Position numbers and translations under genes: made by a program
Notes under the pieces: model-generated
Databases searched by the model: none
What the model saw: the letters and a program-made list of their open reading frames with translations, nothing else
Told to the model about the DNA's origin: nothing
Part shown: positions 18,217 through 27,325 of the stretch, piece by piece
Numbering within the stretch: position 1 is the stretch's first letter
Layout of the letters: each line of letters begins with the position of its first letter
DNA from: a virus
Taxonomy: Duplodnaviria; Caudoviricetes
Direction: 5' to 3' (one strand)
DNA: 55,883 nucleotides
IMG/VR virus record: IMGVR_UViG_3300037961_005406
Location: 1 to 55,883 of that record

Positions 18217-18346
18217 AAATAAAGCGAAAGCTTTTGCGGAACAAAAAGAAATGCGAAAGGAATGTAAAGACTTCATTGAGAAGTGTTCTACTTTTCAGCT
18301 TCAGGAAATTTTTTCCGAAATAAAAAGACTGACAAAGAGGTATTAA
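18176..18346 (+). CDS. Hypothetical protein (56 aa)
   Basis: AGGAGG RBS; MAVQDQIVQEVQTKNKAKAF... Confidence 0.65.
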   Translation: MAVQDQIVQEVQTKNKAKAFAEQKEMRKECKDFIEKCSTFQLQEIFSEIKRLTKRY

Positions 18347-18347
18347 T

Positions 18348-18413
18348 ATGATTGGTTATTTGATAGCTCTCGCTCTCGTTTTTTTCTCGTTGTTTCTCGT
18401 TACCTCGTTTTAA
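18348..18413 (+). CDS. Putative 21-aa hydrophobic peptide encoded by a CTCGTT array
   Basis: GAGG RBS; MIGYLIALALVFFSLFLVTSF. Confidence 0.4.
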   Translation: MIGYLIALALVFFSLFLVTSF

Positions 18414-18657
18414 CCTGTAACCTGGGCAGCTAAATTTTAGCTGCCGAGCCCAGCACCAGATTTTCTTCCTGAATTTTTTAAAATTTTCCTGTGAGGTATA
18501 GGTCGCATTAAGGTCTAAATCTTAATGTGCGTGGCTCTATGGAAGAAATTTTTTTTCAAAATTGGACCAAAATTAAGATTTGCAATTTTTTAAAAAATAA
18601 ATTAATTTAAATACAAATCTAAATTTTTTAGATTAACAACTAACAAAGGACAAAAAC

Positions 18658-19068
18658 ATGACGACACAAAAAGCAAAAAAAGTTCTTTTAGAAAAGAACG
18701 AAAAGCAAGTGTGTAATTCATTTATAGATCAAGCATACTTGTTAACTAAATATCAAACTTTAAAATCGGACACTAAAGAATTAGTAGCTGAATTTTTTTT
18801 AAAGTTAAAACAAAACATAATCATTTTATCTAACACTAGATATATTCAAAAGATTGAAAGAACTCAAAGACGATTTGATAGTAAATCTTTTATTGATTAT
18901 GTTAATGGCAAATCAACAACTGATGAAAAAATTTCATTTAAAGAATTACAAATTCTTTTAAATGGCTTTTATAAACAAATCAAAGTTGTTGAGTTCAAAC
19001 CTTTTGATGATAAACTTGAAAAAGAAAAAATAAAAACTAAAAAAGGAGTAACAACAAATGCCAAATAA
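18658..19068 (+). CDS. Hypothetical early protein
   Basis: AAGGA RBS, 136 aa, follows an AT-rich promoter-like region. Confidence 0.7.
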   Translation: MTTQKAKKVLLEKNEKQVCNSFIDQAYLLTKYQTLKSDTKELVAEFFLKLKQNIIILSNTRYIQKIERTQRRFDSKSFIDYVNGKSTTDEKISFKELQILLNGFYKQIKVVEFKPFDDKLEKEKIKTKKGVTTNAK

Positions 19069-19366
19069 TAACGATAATAACAATAACAATTTGCCCTCAA
19101 TGAGTGTTTTATCTCAAATGATACAAACGCAAATGCAAAACAAAGGACTTGACCAAACTAGAGTGCAATCACTTTTAAATGAAAGTGATAATAACAAGTC
19201 TTTAAATTACCAAATACTGTACAAACTTTTAGAAAGTGCAGTTGAGGAATTTATTTTAATTAACAATGGAAATCCTTTGGCAGATGATTTTAGGAATAGA
19301 GTTGTTAATAAAATGTCAGATGTAGTTAATATGTTGATGGGCAATCAACCCCCAAACAATAGCTAA
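19058..19366 (+). CDS. Hypothetical protein with Asn-rich N-terminus
   Basis: AGGAG RBS, 102 aa. Confidence 0.7.
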   Translation: MPNNNDNNNNNLPSMSVLSQMIQTQMQNKGLDQTRVQSLLNESDNNKSLNYQILYKLLESAVEEFILINNGNPLADDFRNRVVNKMSDVVNMLMGNQPPNNS

Positions 19367-19378
19367 ATAAATTTTACT

Positions 19379-19415
19379 CGTTGGCGTAGTTCCTACGCCA
19401 ACGAAGGCTCTTTTC
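19379..19415 (+). terminator. Stem-loop / probable terminator closing the early gene block
   Basis: CGTTGGCGTAG-TTC-CTACGCCAACG, 11-bp stem just after a stop codon. Confidence 0.6.
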
Positions 19416-19529
19416 CGAAAACTTCTACCTTCACCAATCTCAACCCCCGAACCCCCTTTTTTGCTTGTATTATAGCTGACGCTGGCGCTTTACAATCAAA
19501 TTCACACGTGTATAAACTATAAAATACTT

Positions 19530-20996
19530 ATGAATCTTGATACTTTAACCACTGATCAATTACGAGATCGTGTAGAAAAATTATATATTGAACACATAAA
19601 ACTTTGCCAAGACAATTTTTTATATTTTGTACAATCAGTTTGGCCAGATTTTATATGCAGAAAAGAAAAGGATCCTAAAAAGTGGGGGCACCATCAGCAC
19701 ATTGCATCTGAACTAACAAACATTGCAAGAGGCTCAAAAGGAAGGCTCATTGTTAATATGCCTCCTAGACACACTAAATCTGAATTTGCGTCTTATTTAT
19801 TTCCTGCTTGGTACATTGGAAAGTATCCTAAGAAAAAAATTATGCAGGTATCACACAACGCTGAACTAGCAGGTAGGTTTGGTTCTAAGGTTCGAAACTT
19901 AATTGATAGTCCAGAGTACAAACAAATATTCGGGGATGTTAAACTACGGGAAGATAGTAAAGCAAAAGGTAGGTGGGAAACCAATCATGGTGGTGAATAC
20001 TTTGCAGCGGGTGTTGGCGGTTCGATCACAGGACGAGGGGCCGATTTGCTTATTATCGACGATCCACATACAGAGCAAGACTCATTATCAGATTCTGCTA
20101 TGGAGAGAGCTTACGATTGGTATAACTCTGGACCTAGACAACGTTTACAGCCAGGTGGTTCCATCTTGTTAGTAATGACTAGATGGGCTCAAGATGATTT
20201 AACAGGAAGATTATTGAAGGCTCAATCTGAACCAAAAGCTGATACATGGAAACTTATAGAGTTTCCTGCAATACTTCCTTCAGGTAATCCTGTGTGGCCT
20301 GAGTATTGGAAGAAAGAAGAACTAGAAGCAGTCAAAGCATCTATTACTCCTAGAAATTGGAACGCACAGTATATGCAGGATCCTGTTGCAGAAGAAGGAG
20401 CGATCATAAAAAGAGATTGGTGGATTCCTTGGAAAGGAGAGGTTCCATCTTTGAAACATGTCATACAATCTTATGATACTGCATTTTCTAAAAAAGAAAG
20501 TGCTGACTATAGTGCAATTACTACGTGGGGTGTATTTGAACCTACAGAAGGAGACTCTTGTTTAATTTTATTAGACGCTGAAAAAGGACGATGGGACTTT
20601 CCTGAATTAAAAGCTGTAGCTTTTGAAGCTTACAAATATTGGGAACCTGAGTCTGTTGTAGTTGAGGCCAAAGCAAGTGGACAATCTTTGATACAAGAAC
20701 TAAGACGTGCTGGTATACCTGTGATGGATTTTGTTCCTTCAAGAGGAAAAGACAAACATTCTAGAGTTAATGCTTGTGCTCCTGTATTTGAGTCTCAAAA
20801 TATTTATTATCCTGATGGTGCTCATTTTGCAGAGGAAGTTATTGAAGAATGTGCAGCGTTTCCTTTTGCTCAACACGATGACTATGTGGATTCTATGACT
20901 CAAGCTGTGTTAAGATATCGTCAAGGAAATTTCGTTTCAACTTATTTAGATGAACCCGAAGGTATGCGAGTTGAAAGAGATTATAAGTATTATTAA
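19530..20996 (+). CDS. terL: Terminase large subunit
   Basis: NMPPRHTKS (Walker A), GRGADLLIIDDP (Walker B), MTRW; RNase H-like SYDTA...DYSA...HDDYVDS. Confidence 0.96.
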   Translation: MNLDTLTTDQLRDRVEKLYIEHIKLCQDNFLYFVQSVWPDFICRKEKDPKKWGHHQHIASELTNIARGSKGRLIVNMPPRHTKSEFASYLFPAWYIGKYPKKKIMQVSHNAELAGRFGSKVRNLIDSPEYKQIFGDVKLREDSKAKGRWETNHGGEYFAAGVGGSITGRGADLLIIDDPHTEQDSLSDSAMERAYDWYNSGPRQRLQPGGSILLVMTRWAQDDLTGRLLKAQSEPKADTWKLIEFPAILPSGNPVWPEYWKKEELEAVKASITPRNWNAQYMQDPVAEEGAIIKRDWWIPWKGEVPSLKHVIQSYDTAFSKKESADYSAITTWGVFEPTEGDSCLILLDAEKGRWDFPELKAVAFEAYKYWEPESVVVEAKASGQSLIQELRRAGIPVMDFVPSRGKDKHSRVNACAPVFESQNIYYPDGAHFAEEVIEECAAFPFAQHDDYVDSMTQAVLRYRQGNFVSTYLDEPEGMRVERDYKYY

Positions 20997-20998
20997 TT

Positions 20999-23299
20999 AT
21001 GGCTTTAGACTCGAACAAAATTGCAGATAATTTTATTGATCAAATCAAACAAGGAAGTTCTCCAACTCCTAAAATAGATAACACTGTTGTTGTAACAGAT
21101 GACACGGATCCGTCGGCGATTGGCGGGTTAGCTGCTTTAGGTGCTACTATTGTTGGAGCTGGTGTCCTAGCAAAAAGAATACCTGGAGCTAGAACGTTAT
21201 TACAAAATTTAAAAAAAGATATCACACCTAATAAAACATTCACACCTAACAAACCTGTAGAAGAAATTGCAGATATACCAACGGCCACCGGACAATCATC
21301 AGAACTAATTACAACACCAAGTAAAGAATTAGTTATAGGTCGTTCAAGAATAGGTGAAGTACAAAACATTCCTTTTACACAAGGTAAAGGTTACACCGAA
21401 GCAAATCCATTAGTAGGATCAGCTACCTTCGATAGAATTATGGAGGCGCCATTTGAAAAAGGTACCGCTAAACAATGGTCTGATTGGCTAGTGAAAGCAA
21501 ACAGAGCAGATTTAAAAATAGCGACAGGTCCGTTGGCAGGTGTCTCACGTAGAGTTTCACCTGATGAGTTAGATGAATTAAATATAATTAAATTTGATAA
21601 ACAAGGAAAAGGTGAGTCTGGTTTTTTAAAAATCATGGACGATCAAAACATGGAAGTGGATAGAGAAACTCTACTAGAGTTAGTTAAGAACTCTCCCGTT
21701 AATAAATTAAAAACAATAAGATTAGGAGTAAGAGGAGATCCAGAAGGTGATTTCATATCTATTCAATCATCGTTTCGTGATGCAGTAAATAAATCAGGAG
21801 TCGATACAAGTAGGGGTACTGCACAGATATCGGAGTTTGTAGAAAGAATTAATAATAATTTAAGAAAAGTTATTAATGGATCTTATGCACAAAAAGAAGC
21901 TATTCCTTCAGGAATTTATACAGAGATTCAAGACGATTTAGTTAAGATAGGAAGACTAGTGGATAATCCACAAGACTTTTCGAAAATCTTAGTTAACTTC
22001 AATAGAGACTTAGGTAAATATAATTCATATAGTATGAAATTAGATAAACCAGAATTTTTAAGATTTAGAAGAGATAAATCAGAAAATCCAAATTTCTATC
22101 CTACTTACAAAACAGGTATGGGTTACACTTACAAAATGGATGCGGGAGAAAACTTTGTTGAAGATGTAGTTTTCTATCCTGGAAGAGTGCCTAACACTAC
22201 AACAGGAAAATTTAGTCCAATAGATGAAGTGCATTATATTGATAATGAAATAGGATTTATAAGATATGATGATTTAGCTAATCCTAAATTAAATGAAAGA
22301 TTTGGTTTGAAACCAAATGCAAGACATTTAAGAATTTCAGAAATACAAACAGACATACACTCTCCACAATTTGGTGACAACAAAGCTAGTTATTTTAAAC
22401 GTAAGATAAATCCTTTTAACAGAGATGCAGAACTAGAAATTTTAAAAAAACAAAGAGCTGAACTATTAGCAAAAAAAGAACCTTTCGAAGAACTTGGTAG
22501 AGGTATTTCAGGATTGACTAAAAATCAAAGGCAAGAACTTGCAAGAGTTAATTATGAGATTGGACAATTAGAAAAATCTGGTTTATCTAAATTAATAAAT
22601 AACCAACCAATAGAATATACAACAGCAGCTCCTTTGGCTAGATCTTGGCCTGATTATGCTGCTAAAAGTATTTTAAGAACAATGGCAGAAAGAGGAATCA
22701 ATGCTGTTTCTGTAGTTCCTTCTCCAATGAACAAAGCAATCAAGATGCCTTCCTTCAGCACTTTAGGAGATGAGATAAATTATGGTTTGATGGATGGTAA
22801 AGCGTTAATAAAAACTGCTGATGGTTCAATTAAAAAAACAAACCAGCTAGCAGTTAATGTAGCTCCTTTTGCAAAGTTAGCAAAACAATATGGTGCTAAG
22901 TTTGAATTGTTTCCTATGCCTAAAAGCAATCCAGATAAACCTTTTAAAGTAATAGCAGAATATACTACTAGAGGAGGAAGAGATGGAAAAAATATTAAAG
23001 CTGAAAGAATACATTACAATAAAAAAATAGGAGATCAGTACGTTTACGAAGATCATGTTGGAGCAGCTAATACTATGGATGAAGCATTAGAGATTATGAA
23101 AAACAGAGAAGGTGTTATTGGAGACAGAGGTAAATTAATTATAAAAGAAATAGGTAAAGATAATCCTGATTTATATGAGAAAGTACCTACACTAATTGCT
23201 TCTGATGATGTATTAAGAAAATTTTTATTACCAATGAAAGCTTATATGAAGGTTGGTGGATTTGTAGACAAAACTAATATATTTAAAGGCCTATTATAG
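20999..23299 (+). CDS. Large putative internal virion / ejected protein
   Basis: 766 aa; SEIQTD motif and AP...WPD..K segment recalled from phage polyvalent/ejection proteins; N-terminal hydrophobic helix; C-terminal MKVGG tag. Confidence 0.55.
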   Translation: MALDSNKIADNFIDQIKQGSSPTPKIDNTVVVTDDTDPSAIGGLAALGATIVGAGVLAKRIPGARTLLQNLKKDITPNKTFTPNKPVEEIADIPTATGQSSELITTPSKELVIGRSRIGEVQNIPFTQGKGYTEANPLVGSATFDRIMEAPFEKGTAKQWSDWLVKANRADLKIATGPLAGVSRRVSPDELDELNIIKFDKQGKGESGFLKIMDDQNMEVDRETLLELVKNSPVNKLKTIRLGVRGDPEGDFISIQSSFRDAVNKSGVDTSRGTAQISEFVERINNNLRKVINGSYAQKEAIPSGIYTEIQDDLVKIGRLVDNPQDFSKILVNFNRDLGKYNSYSMKLDKPEFLRFRRDKSENPNFYPTYKTGMGYTYKMDAGENFVEDVVFYPGRVPNTTTGKFSPIDEVHYIDNEIGFIRYDDLANPKLNERFGLKPNARHLRISEIQTDIHSPQFGDNKASYFKRKINPFNRDAELEILKKQRAELLAKKEPFEELGRGISGLTKNQRQELARVNYEIGQLEKSGLSKLINNQPIEYTTAAPLARSWPDYAAKSILRTMAERGINAVSVVPSPMNKAIKMPSFSTLGDEINYGLMDGKALIKTADGSIKKTNQLAVNVAPFAKLAKQYGAKFELFPMPKSNPDKPFKVIAEYTTRGGRDGKNIKAERIHYNKKIGDQYVYEDHVGAANTMDEALEIMKNREGVIGDRGKLIIKEIGKDNPDLYEKVPTLIASDDVLRKFLLPMKAYMKVGGFVDKTNIFKGLL

Positions 23300-23352
23300 A
23301 TTTTGTCTAAAAAATGCTTTACACTGTACAGATAATTCTATAGGAGGAAATA

Positions 23353-23814
23353 ATGAGTTTAAAAAAGAAACTAAAGAAGATTGGTAAGGCAGCAGTAATG
23401 GCTGGTGCAGCTTACGGAGCTTCAAAAATGTTAGGTCCAAAATCAAGTGGATTTCTATCATCAGGCGCTGCTGGTGGACAAAGATTACCAAAAGGTGATG
23501 CGTTCGCTAGAGCAAGAAAACTAATGACTTCTAACGAGGCAGTTAAAGGCGTTAGATCACCAATGAAAAAACCAAGCTTTTCAAAAAGAGTAATGGATGC
23601 AGTTAATGTATACAGAAAAAAAGGTTTAGATACAGGTCGTGGTCCTGGTATTAAAAGAACTGATTCATTAGCTGACAAAGTGTTAAGCGGAAACGTAATG
23701 GGTTTAACTGATATGGGTGGAGCTAAATACGGAAAAATGATAGAAGCCAAAAACGGTAAATACGTTAAGGCACCTTGTAAATTAGGAAGAAATAAAAAAA
23801 CATTAATTACGTAA
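23353..23814 (+). CDS. Basic Gly/Lys-rich protein, probably virion-associated
   Basis: AGGAGG RBS; AKYG and AKNG motifs. Confidence 0.7.
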   Translation: MSLKKKLKKIGKAAVMAGAAYGASKMLGPKSSGFLSSGAAGGQRLPKGDAFARARKLMTSNEAVKGVRSPMKKPSFSKRVMDAVNVYRKKGLDTGRGPGIKRTDSLADKVLSGNVMGLTDMGGAKYGKMIEAKNGKYVKAPCKLGRNKKTLIT

Positions 23815-23817
23815 TAA

Positions 23818-26157
23818 ATGGCTATTGAAACTGATAACCCAACCAACGAAGAAGTTGAAGTTGAGGAAGAGGCAGTTATTTCATTACCACCTGAAGAAGG
23901 TGAAGAAGTAACTGAGGAACCTGAACAAGATTTCTATGGAAATATTGCTGAGACAATTGATGATAAAGCATTATCTCAACTAGCTTCTGACTTAATTTCT
24001 GAATACCAGAAAGACAAAGAGTCTAGAAAAGAATGGGAAGATACCTATAGAAATGGTTTAGATCTTTTAGGATTTAAATACAAGTCAACAACACAACCAT
24101 TCAAAGGAGCAAGCAACGTTACTCATCCATTGTTGTCTGAAGCGGTTACTCAGTTTCAATCCCAAGCTTACAAAGAGTTACTTCCAAGTGATGGTCCTGT
24201 AAAAACTAAAATAGTTGGATTACAAAATGAAATGGTTGAAGCTCAAGCACACAGAGTAAAAGATTTCATGAACTATCAGATCATGGAGAAGATGGAAGAA
24301 TATACTCCTGAGTTTGATCAATTATTATTTTATCTACCACTTGCAGGTTCTGCGTTCAAGAAGATATACTATGACGCTCTGATGGAAAGAGCTGTTTCAA
24401 AATTTATTCCTGCAGAAGATTTAGTAGTTCCTTACTTTGCAACTGACCTAAAAGATGCTCCTAGAATTACACACGTACTAAAACAATCAGAAAATGATCT
24501 GTTAAAAAAGATGGCTTCAGGATTCTACAGACAAGTAGATTTGATGAAACCACAAAAGAAAGATAACAAAATTCAAGATAAGTATAATGAACTAGAAGGT
24601 GTTAAACCTGTTGAAACAAACGATTACATTTATAGTGTTTTAGAAATGCATGTTGATTTAGATTTATCAGATTACATTGCAGATAACGAAGAAGATAAAA
24701 TTAATATTAAAATTCCTTACATTGTAACTATAGAAGAAGGAACAAGAAAAGTATTATCTATATACAGAAACTATAAACCTGAAGATCCTAAATTTACTAG
24801 AAAAGAATACTTCACACATTTTAAATTCTTACCTGGTTTAGGTTTTTATGGCTTTGGTTTGATTCACATGATCGGTGGCCTGTCTAGAACAGCAACTACA
24901 GCTCTAAGACAACTACTTGATGCAGGTACATTATCAAATTTACCTGCTGGATTTAAGTCTAGAGGTATGAGAATCAGAGATGATGACCAACCAATACAGC
25001 CTGGAGAGTTCAGAGATGTGGATGCACCAGGTGGAAACATTAGAGATCAGTTTCAATTACTACCTTTTAAGGAGCCAAGCACAACTTTATTCAACCTTTT
25101 AGGTTTTTGTGTTGATGCAGGAAGAAGATTTGCATCAATTGCCGACATGCAAGTGGGTGATAGCAACCAACAAGCTGCTGTTGGAACAACAATTGCTCTA
25201 TTAGAACGAGGTTCTAGAGTAATGTCAGCTATTCACAAGCGTTGTTACTATGCAATGAAGCAAGAATTTAAACTTTTAGCTTCAGTTATTGCAGAATATT
25301 TACCTCCAGAGTATCCATATGCAGTTTATGGAGCAGAAAGAATTATAAAAGTAGCAGATTTTGATGAAAGAGTTGATATTTTACCTGTTGCAGACCCAAA
25401 TATCTTCTCAATGTCACAAAGAGTGACGTTAGCACAGACACAATTGCAAATTGCACAGTCAAATCCACAAATTCACAACATGTATGAGGCTTACAGACGT
25501 GTTTATGAAGCTTTAGGCACTAAAGAAATACCTCAAATACTAAAACCAGACCCAAAACCTTTTCCAAAAGACCCTGCAATGGAAAATATGGAGGCATTAC
25601 AGATGCAACCACTAACAGCTTTTCCAGAACAAGACCATGATGCTCATATTGCAGCGCATTCAGCGTTTATGAGAACTAGAATGGTGCAGATTAACCCAAT
25701 GGTGTATGCAAATTTACAAGGACACATCTCTCAACACGTGTCTATGAAGGCTTCTGCCGAAGTTATGGCTATGATGCAACAAGATCCTAACACTGCACAG
25801 ATGATGCAACAGAATCCACAACAATTTAAGGTAATGTTTGACTCTGAAGTAGCAAAAAGAGTAGCTCAAATAACAGCTGAGCTAGCACAGAACGAAAATA
25901 TGGCTGATATGCAAAAACAAGATCCTGTGGTTATGTTGAAACAAAGAGAATTAGATCTTAGAGCCATGGATTTACAAAGACGTGCTTCAGAAGGTAGTAT
26001 GAAGTTAGAACAAAATTCAGATCAATTTGATGAAAGACTTGATTTTGATAAAATGAAATTAGAACAACAAGATGAGCAATCTGATAAGAGATTAGAAATT
26101 GCTCGAGAAAAAATGGAGAAACAAAATGTCGGGAAAAAAGCACGGACTACAAGATAG
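23818..26157 (+). CDS. Portal protein
   Basis: 779 aa after terL; SRKEWE...HPLL.EAV.QF...LPLAGSAFKK.Y...GFYGFG...QLLDAGT pattern of podovirus portals. Confidence 0.9.
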   Translation: MAIETDNPTNEEVEVEEEAVISLPPEEGEEVTEEPEQDFYGNIAETIDDKALSQLASDLISEYQKDKESRKEWEDTYRNGLDLLGFKYKSTTQPFKGASNVTHPLLSEAVTQFQSQAYKELLPSDGPVKTKIVGLQNEMVEAQAHRVKDFMNYQIMEKMEEYTPEFDQLLFYLPLAGSAFKKIYYDALMERAVSKFIPAEDLVVPYFATDLKDAPRITHVLKQSENDLLKKMASGFYRQVDLMKPQKKDNKIQDKYNELEGVKPVETNDYIYSVLEMHVDLDLSDYIADNEEDKINIKIPYIVTIEEGTRKVLSIYRNYKPEDPKFTRKEYFTHFKFLPGLGFYGFGLIHMIGGLSRTATTALRQLLDAGTLSNLPAGFKSRGMRIRDDDQPIQPGEFRDVDAPGGNIRDQFQLLPFKEPSTTLFNLLGFCVDAGRRFASIADMQVGDSNQQAAVGTTIALLERGSRVMSAIHKRCYYAMKQEFKLLASVIAEYLPPEYPYAVYGAERIIKVADFDERVDILPVADPNIFSMSQRVTLAQTQLQIAQSNPQIHNMYEAYRRVYEALGTKEIPQILKPDPKPFPKDPAMENMEALQMQPLTAFPEQDHDAHIAAHSAFMRTRMVQINPMVYANLQGHISQHVSMKASAEVMAMMQQDPNTAQMMQQNPQQFKVMFDSEVAKRVAQITAELAQNENMADMQKQDPVVMLKQRELDLRAMDLQRRASEGSMKLEQNSDQFDERLDFDKMKLEQQDEQSDKRLEIAREKMEKQNVGKKARTTR

Positions 26158-26395
26158 TTACAAAAAATTAAGAATGGGCGGAATGATGTACTACAAAACA
26201 GGTGCGCTTTCCGATAAACAAAAAGCAATTGCAGCTAAAGCACCTCCTGCTAATAAAATAGACGGAAAAGACTTTGCAGTTTTAAGAGCTGAAAAAGCAA
26301 AAGACAGAGGCATGGGTTTACAAGATGAAAAGATGAAACCAGGTAAAGTTATGAAAGCTAGAGTTGGTAGATCAATTGAAAAAATAAAAAGATGA
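26126..26395 (+). CDS. Small basic protein
   Basis: GGAG RBS before MSGKK; LSDKQKAIA...KIDGKDFAVLR; RMGG tag. Confidence 0.65.
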   Translation: MSGKKHGLQDSYKKLRMGGMMYYKTGALSDKQKAIAAKAPPANKIDGKDFAVLRAEKAKDRGMGLQDEKMKPGKVMKARVGRSIEKIKR

Positions 26396-26574
26396 TTAAA
26401 AAACATACAGTTTCTGGCAAAAGATCAGGGCCACCTCCTTTGAGTGGCCCAAACCCCCAAGTTCCTCCTGTAAAACTAAATAGTGGTGGAGAAATGGTTT
26501 GTCCTCACAGACCTGATGGTATTAGAGGTATGGGTGCTGCTATCAAAGGAATGAAATTTGTAGGAGTTAGATAA
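26392..26574 (+). CDS. Small conserved phage protein
   Basis: SGPPPLSGPNPQ and RGMGAAIKG.KF motifs; NSGG tag. Confidence 0.7.
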   Translation: MIKKHTVSGKRSGPPPLSGPNPQVPPVKLNSGGEMVCPHRPDGIRGMGAAIKGMKFVGVR

Positions 26575-26954
26575 TGTGGTTTCAAGCAATTAAATTAGCG
26601 GTATCTGCAGGAAGTAAGATATACGCTAACAAGCAAAAGGCAAAAGTAGCAATGTCAGACGCACAATTGCTACACGCAGAACGTCAAGCACGTGGTGAGG
26701 AAGCTTACCAAGGTAAGTTGTTAGAGGCACGTCAATCAGATTATAAGGACGAGGCGGTTCTCGTGATCTTGACACTCCCAATTCTGGTTCTTGCATATGG
26801 GGTCTTCTCCGATGACGCTCAGGCGATGGATAAGATAAAAATTTTCTTTGAACATTTCCAGGCACTCCCGTCCTGGTTCACAAATCTCTGGATCCTTGTC
26901 GTAGCTTCGATATATGGAATTAAGGGGACTCAAATATTCAAGGGAAAAAAATAA
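26574..26954 (+). CDS. Holin-like membrane protein
   Basis: Two hydrophobic helices; KDE...P.WF.......SIYG; basic C-terminus. Confidence 0.65.
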   Translation: MWFQAIKLAVSAGSKIYANKQKAKVAMSDAQLLHAERQARGEEAYQGKLLEARQSDYKDEAVLVILTLPILVLAYGVFSDDAQAMDKIKIFFEHFQALPSWFTNLWILVVASIYGIKGTQIFKGKK

Positions 26955-27091
26955 TGTGGAAGTGGATTAAAAAATTATTTAAGAAAAAAAATCCAATTAA
27001 TGATGATACTTTAGATAAAATGTCTAAAGGAGATCGTAAAAAATTAAAAAGCGAAGGTAAGATTAACTCTATTTACAAACCATACTATTAA
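26954..27091 (+). CDS. Small basic amphipathic protein (45 aa)
   Basis: TAATG coupling; MWKWIKKLFKKK... Confidence 0.55.
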   Translation: MWKWIKKLFKKKNPINDDTLDKMSKGDRKKLKSEGKINSIYKPYY

Positions 27092-27106
27092 TATATAAGT
27101 CCTTAT

Positions 27107-27325
27107 ATGATAATAGATTATCCATTAATAAAAAGACTTACTGAAAAGAAAATAGACTCCTTAAAAGACACTCTAGTGTATACCGTTGACAATTTAGAGA
27201 AACTTCATTATATTAGAGGACAAATCAAAGGCCTAGAGTCTTTGCTTCAGGATCTTAAAGACCTGCAAGAAAAACAGGAGCAACTAAATGACCAAGAACT
27301 TAGAGACTTCGAAGGAAGTACCTAA
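27107..27325 (+). CDS. Small conserved protein upstream of GroES
   Basis: Y.RGQIKGL pattern. Confidence 0.65.
   Translation: MIIDYPLIKRLTEKKIDSLKDTLVYTVDNLEKLHYIRGQIKGLESLLQDLKDLQEKQEQLNDQELRDFEGST

Larger units (their letters stand above)
15937..18409 (+). repeat. Six clusters of strand-specific CTCGTT repeats
   Basis: Exact CTCGTT at 15942, 15949, 15957, 15965, 15971; 16061; 16221, 16229, 16237; 16319, 16326; 17102; 17310, 17316, 17334; 17941, 17948; 18375, 18386, 18396, 18404. Confidence 0.9.

Noticed and set aside
15937-18409. CTCGTT clusters as a CRISPR array
   Set aside because: Repeats are 6-mers with irregular spacing; there are no 23-47 nt repeats with unique spacers and no cas genes.
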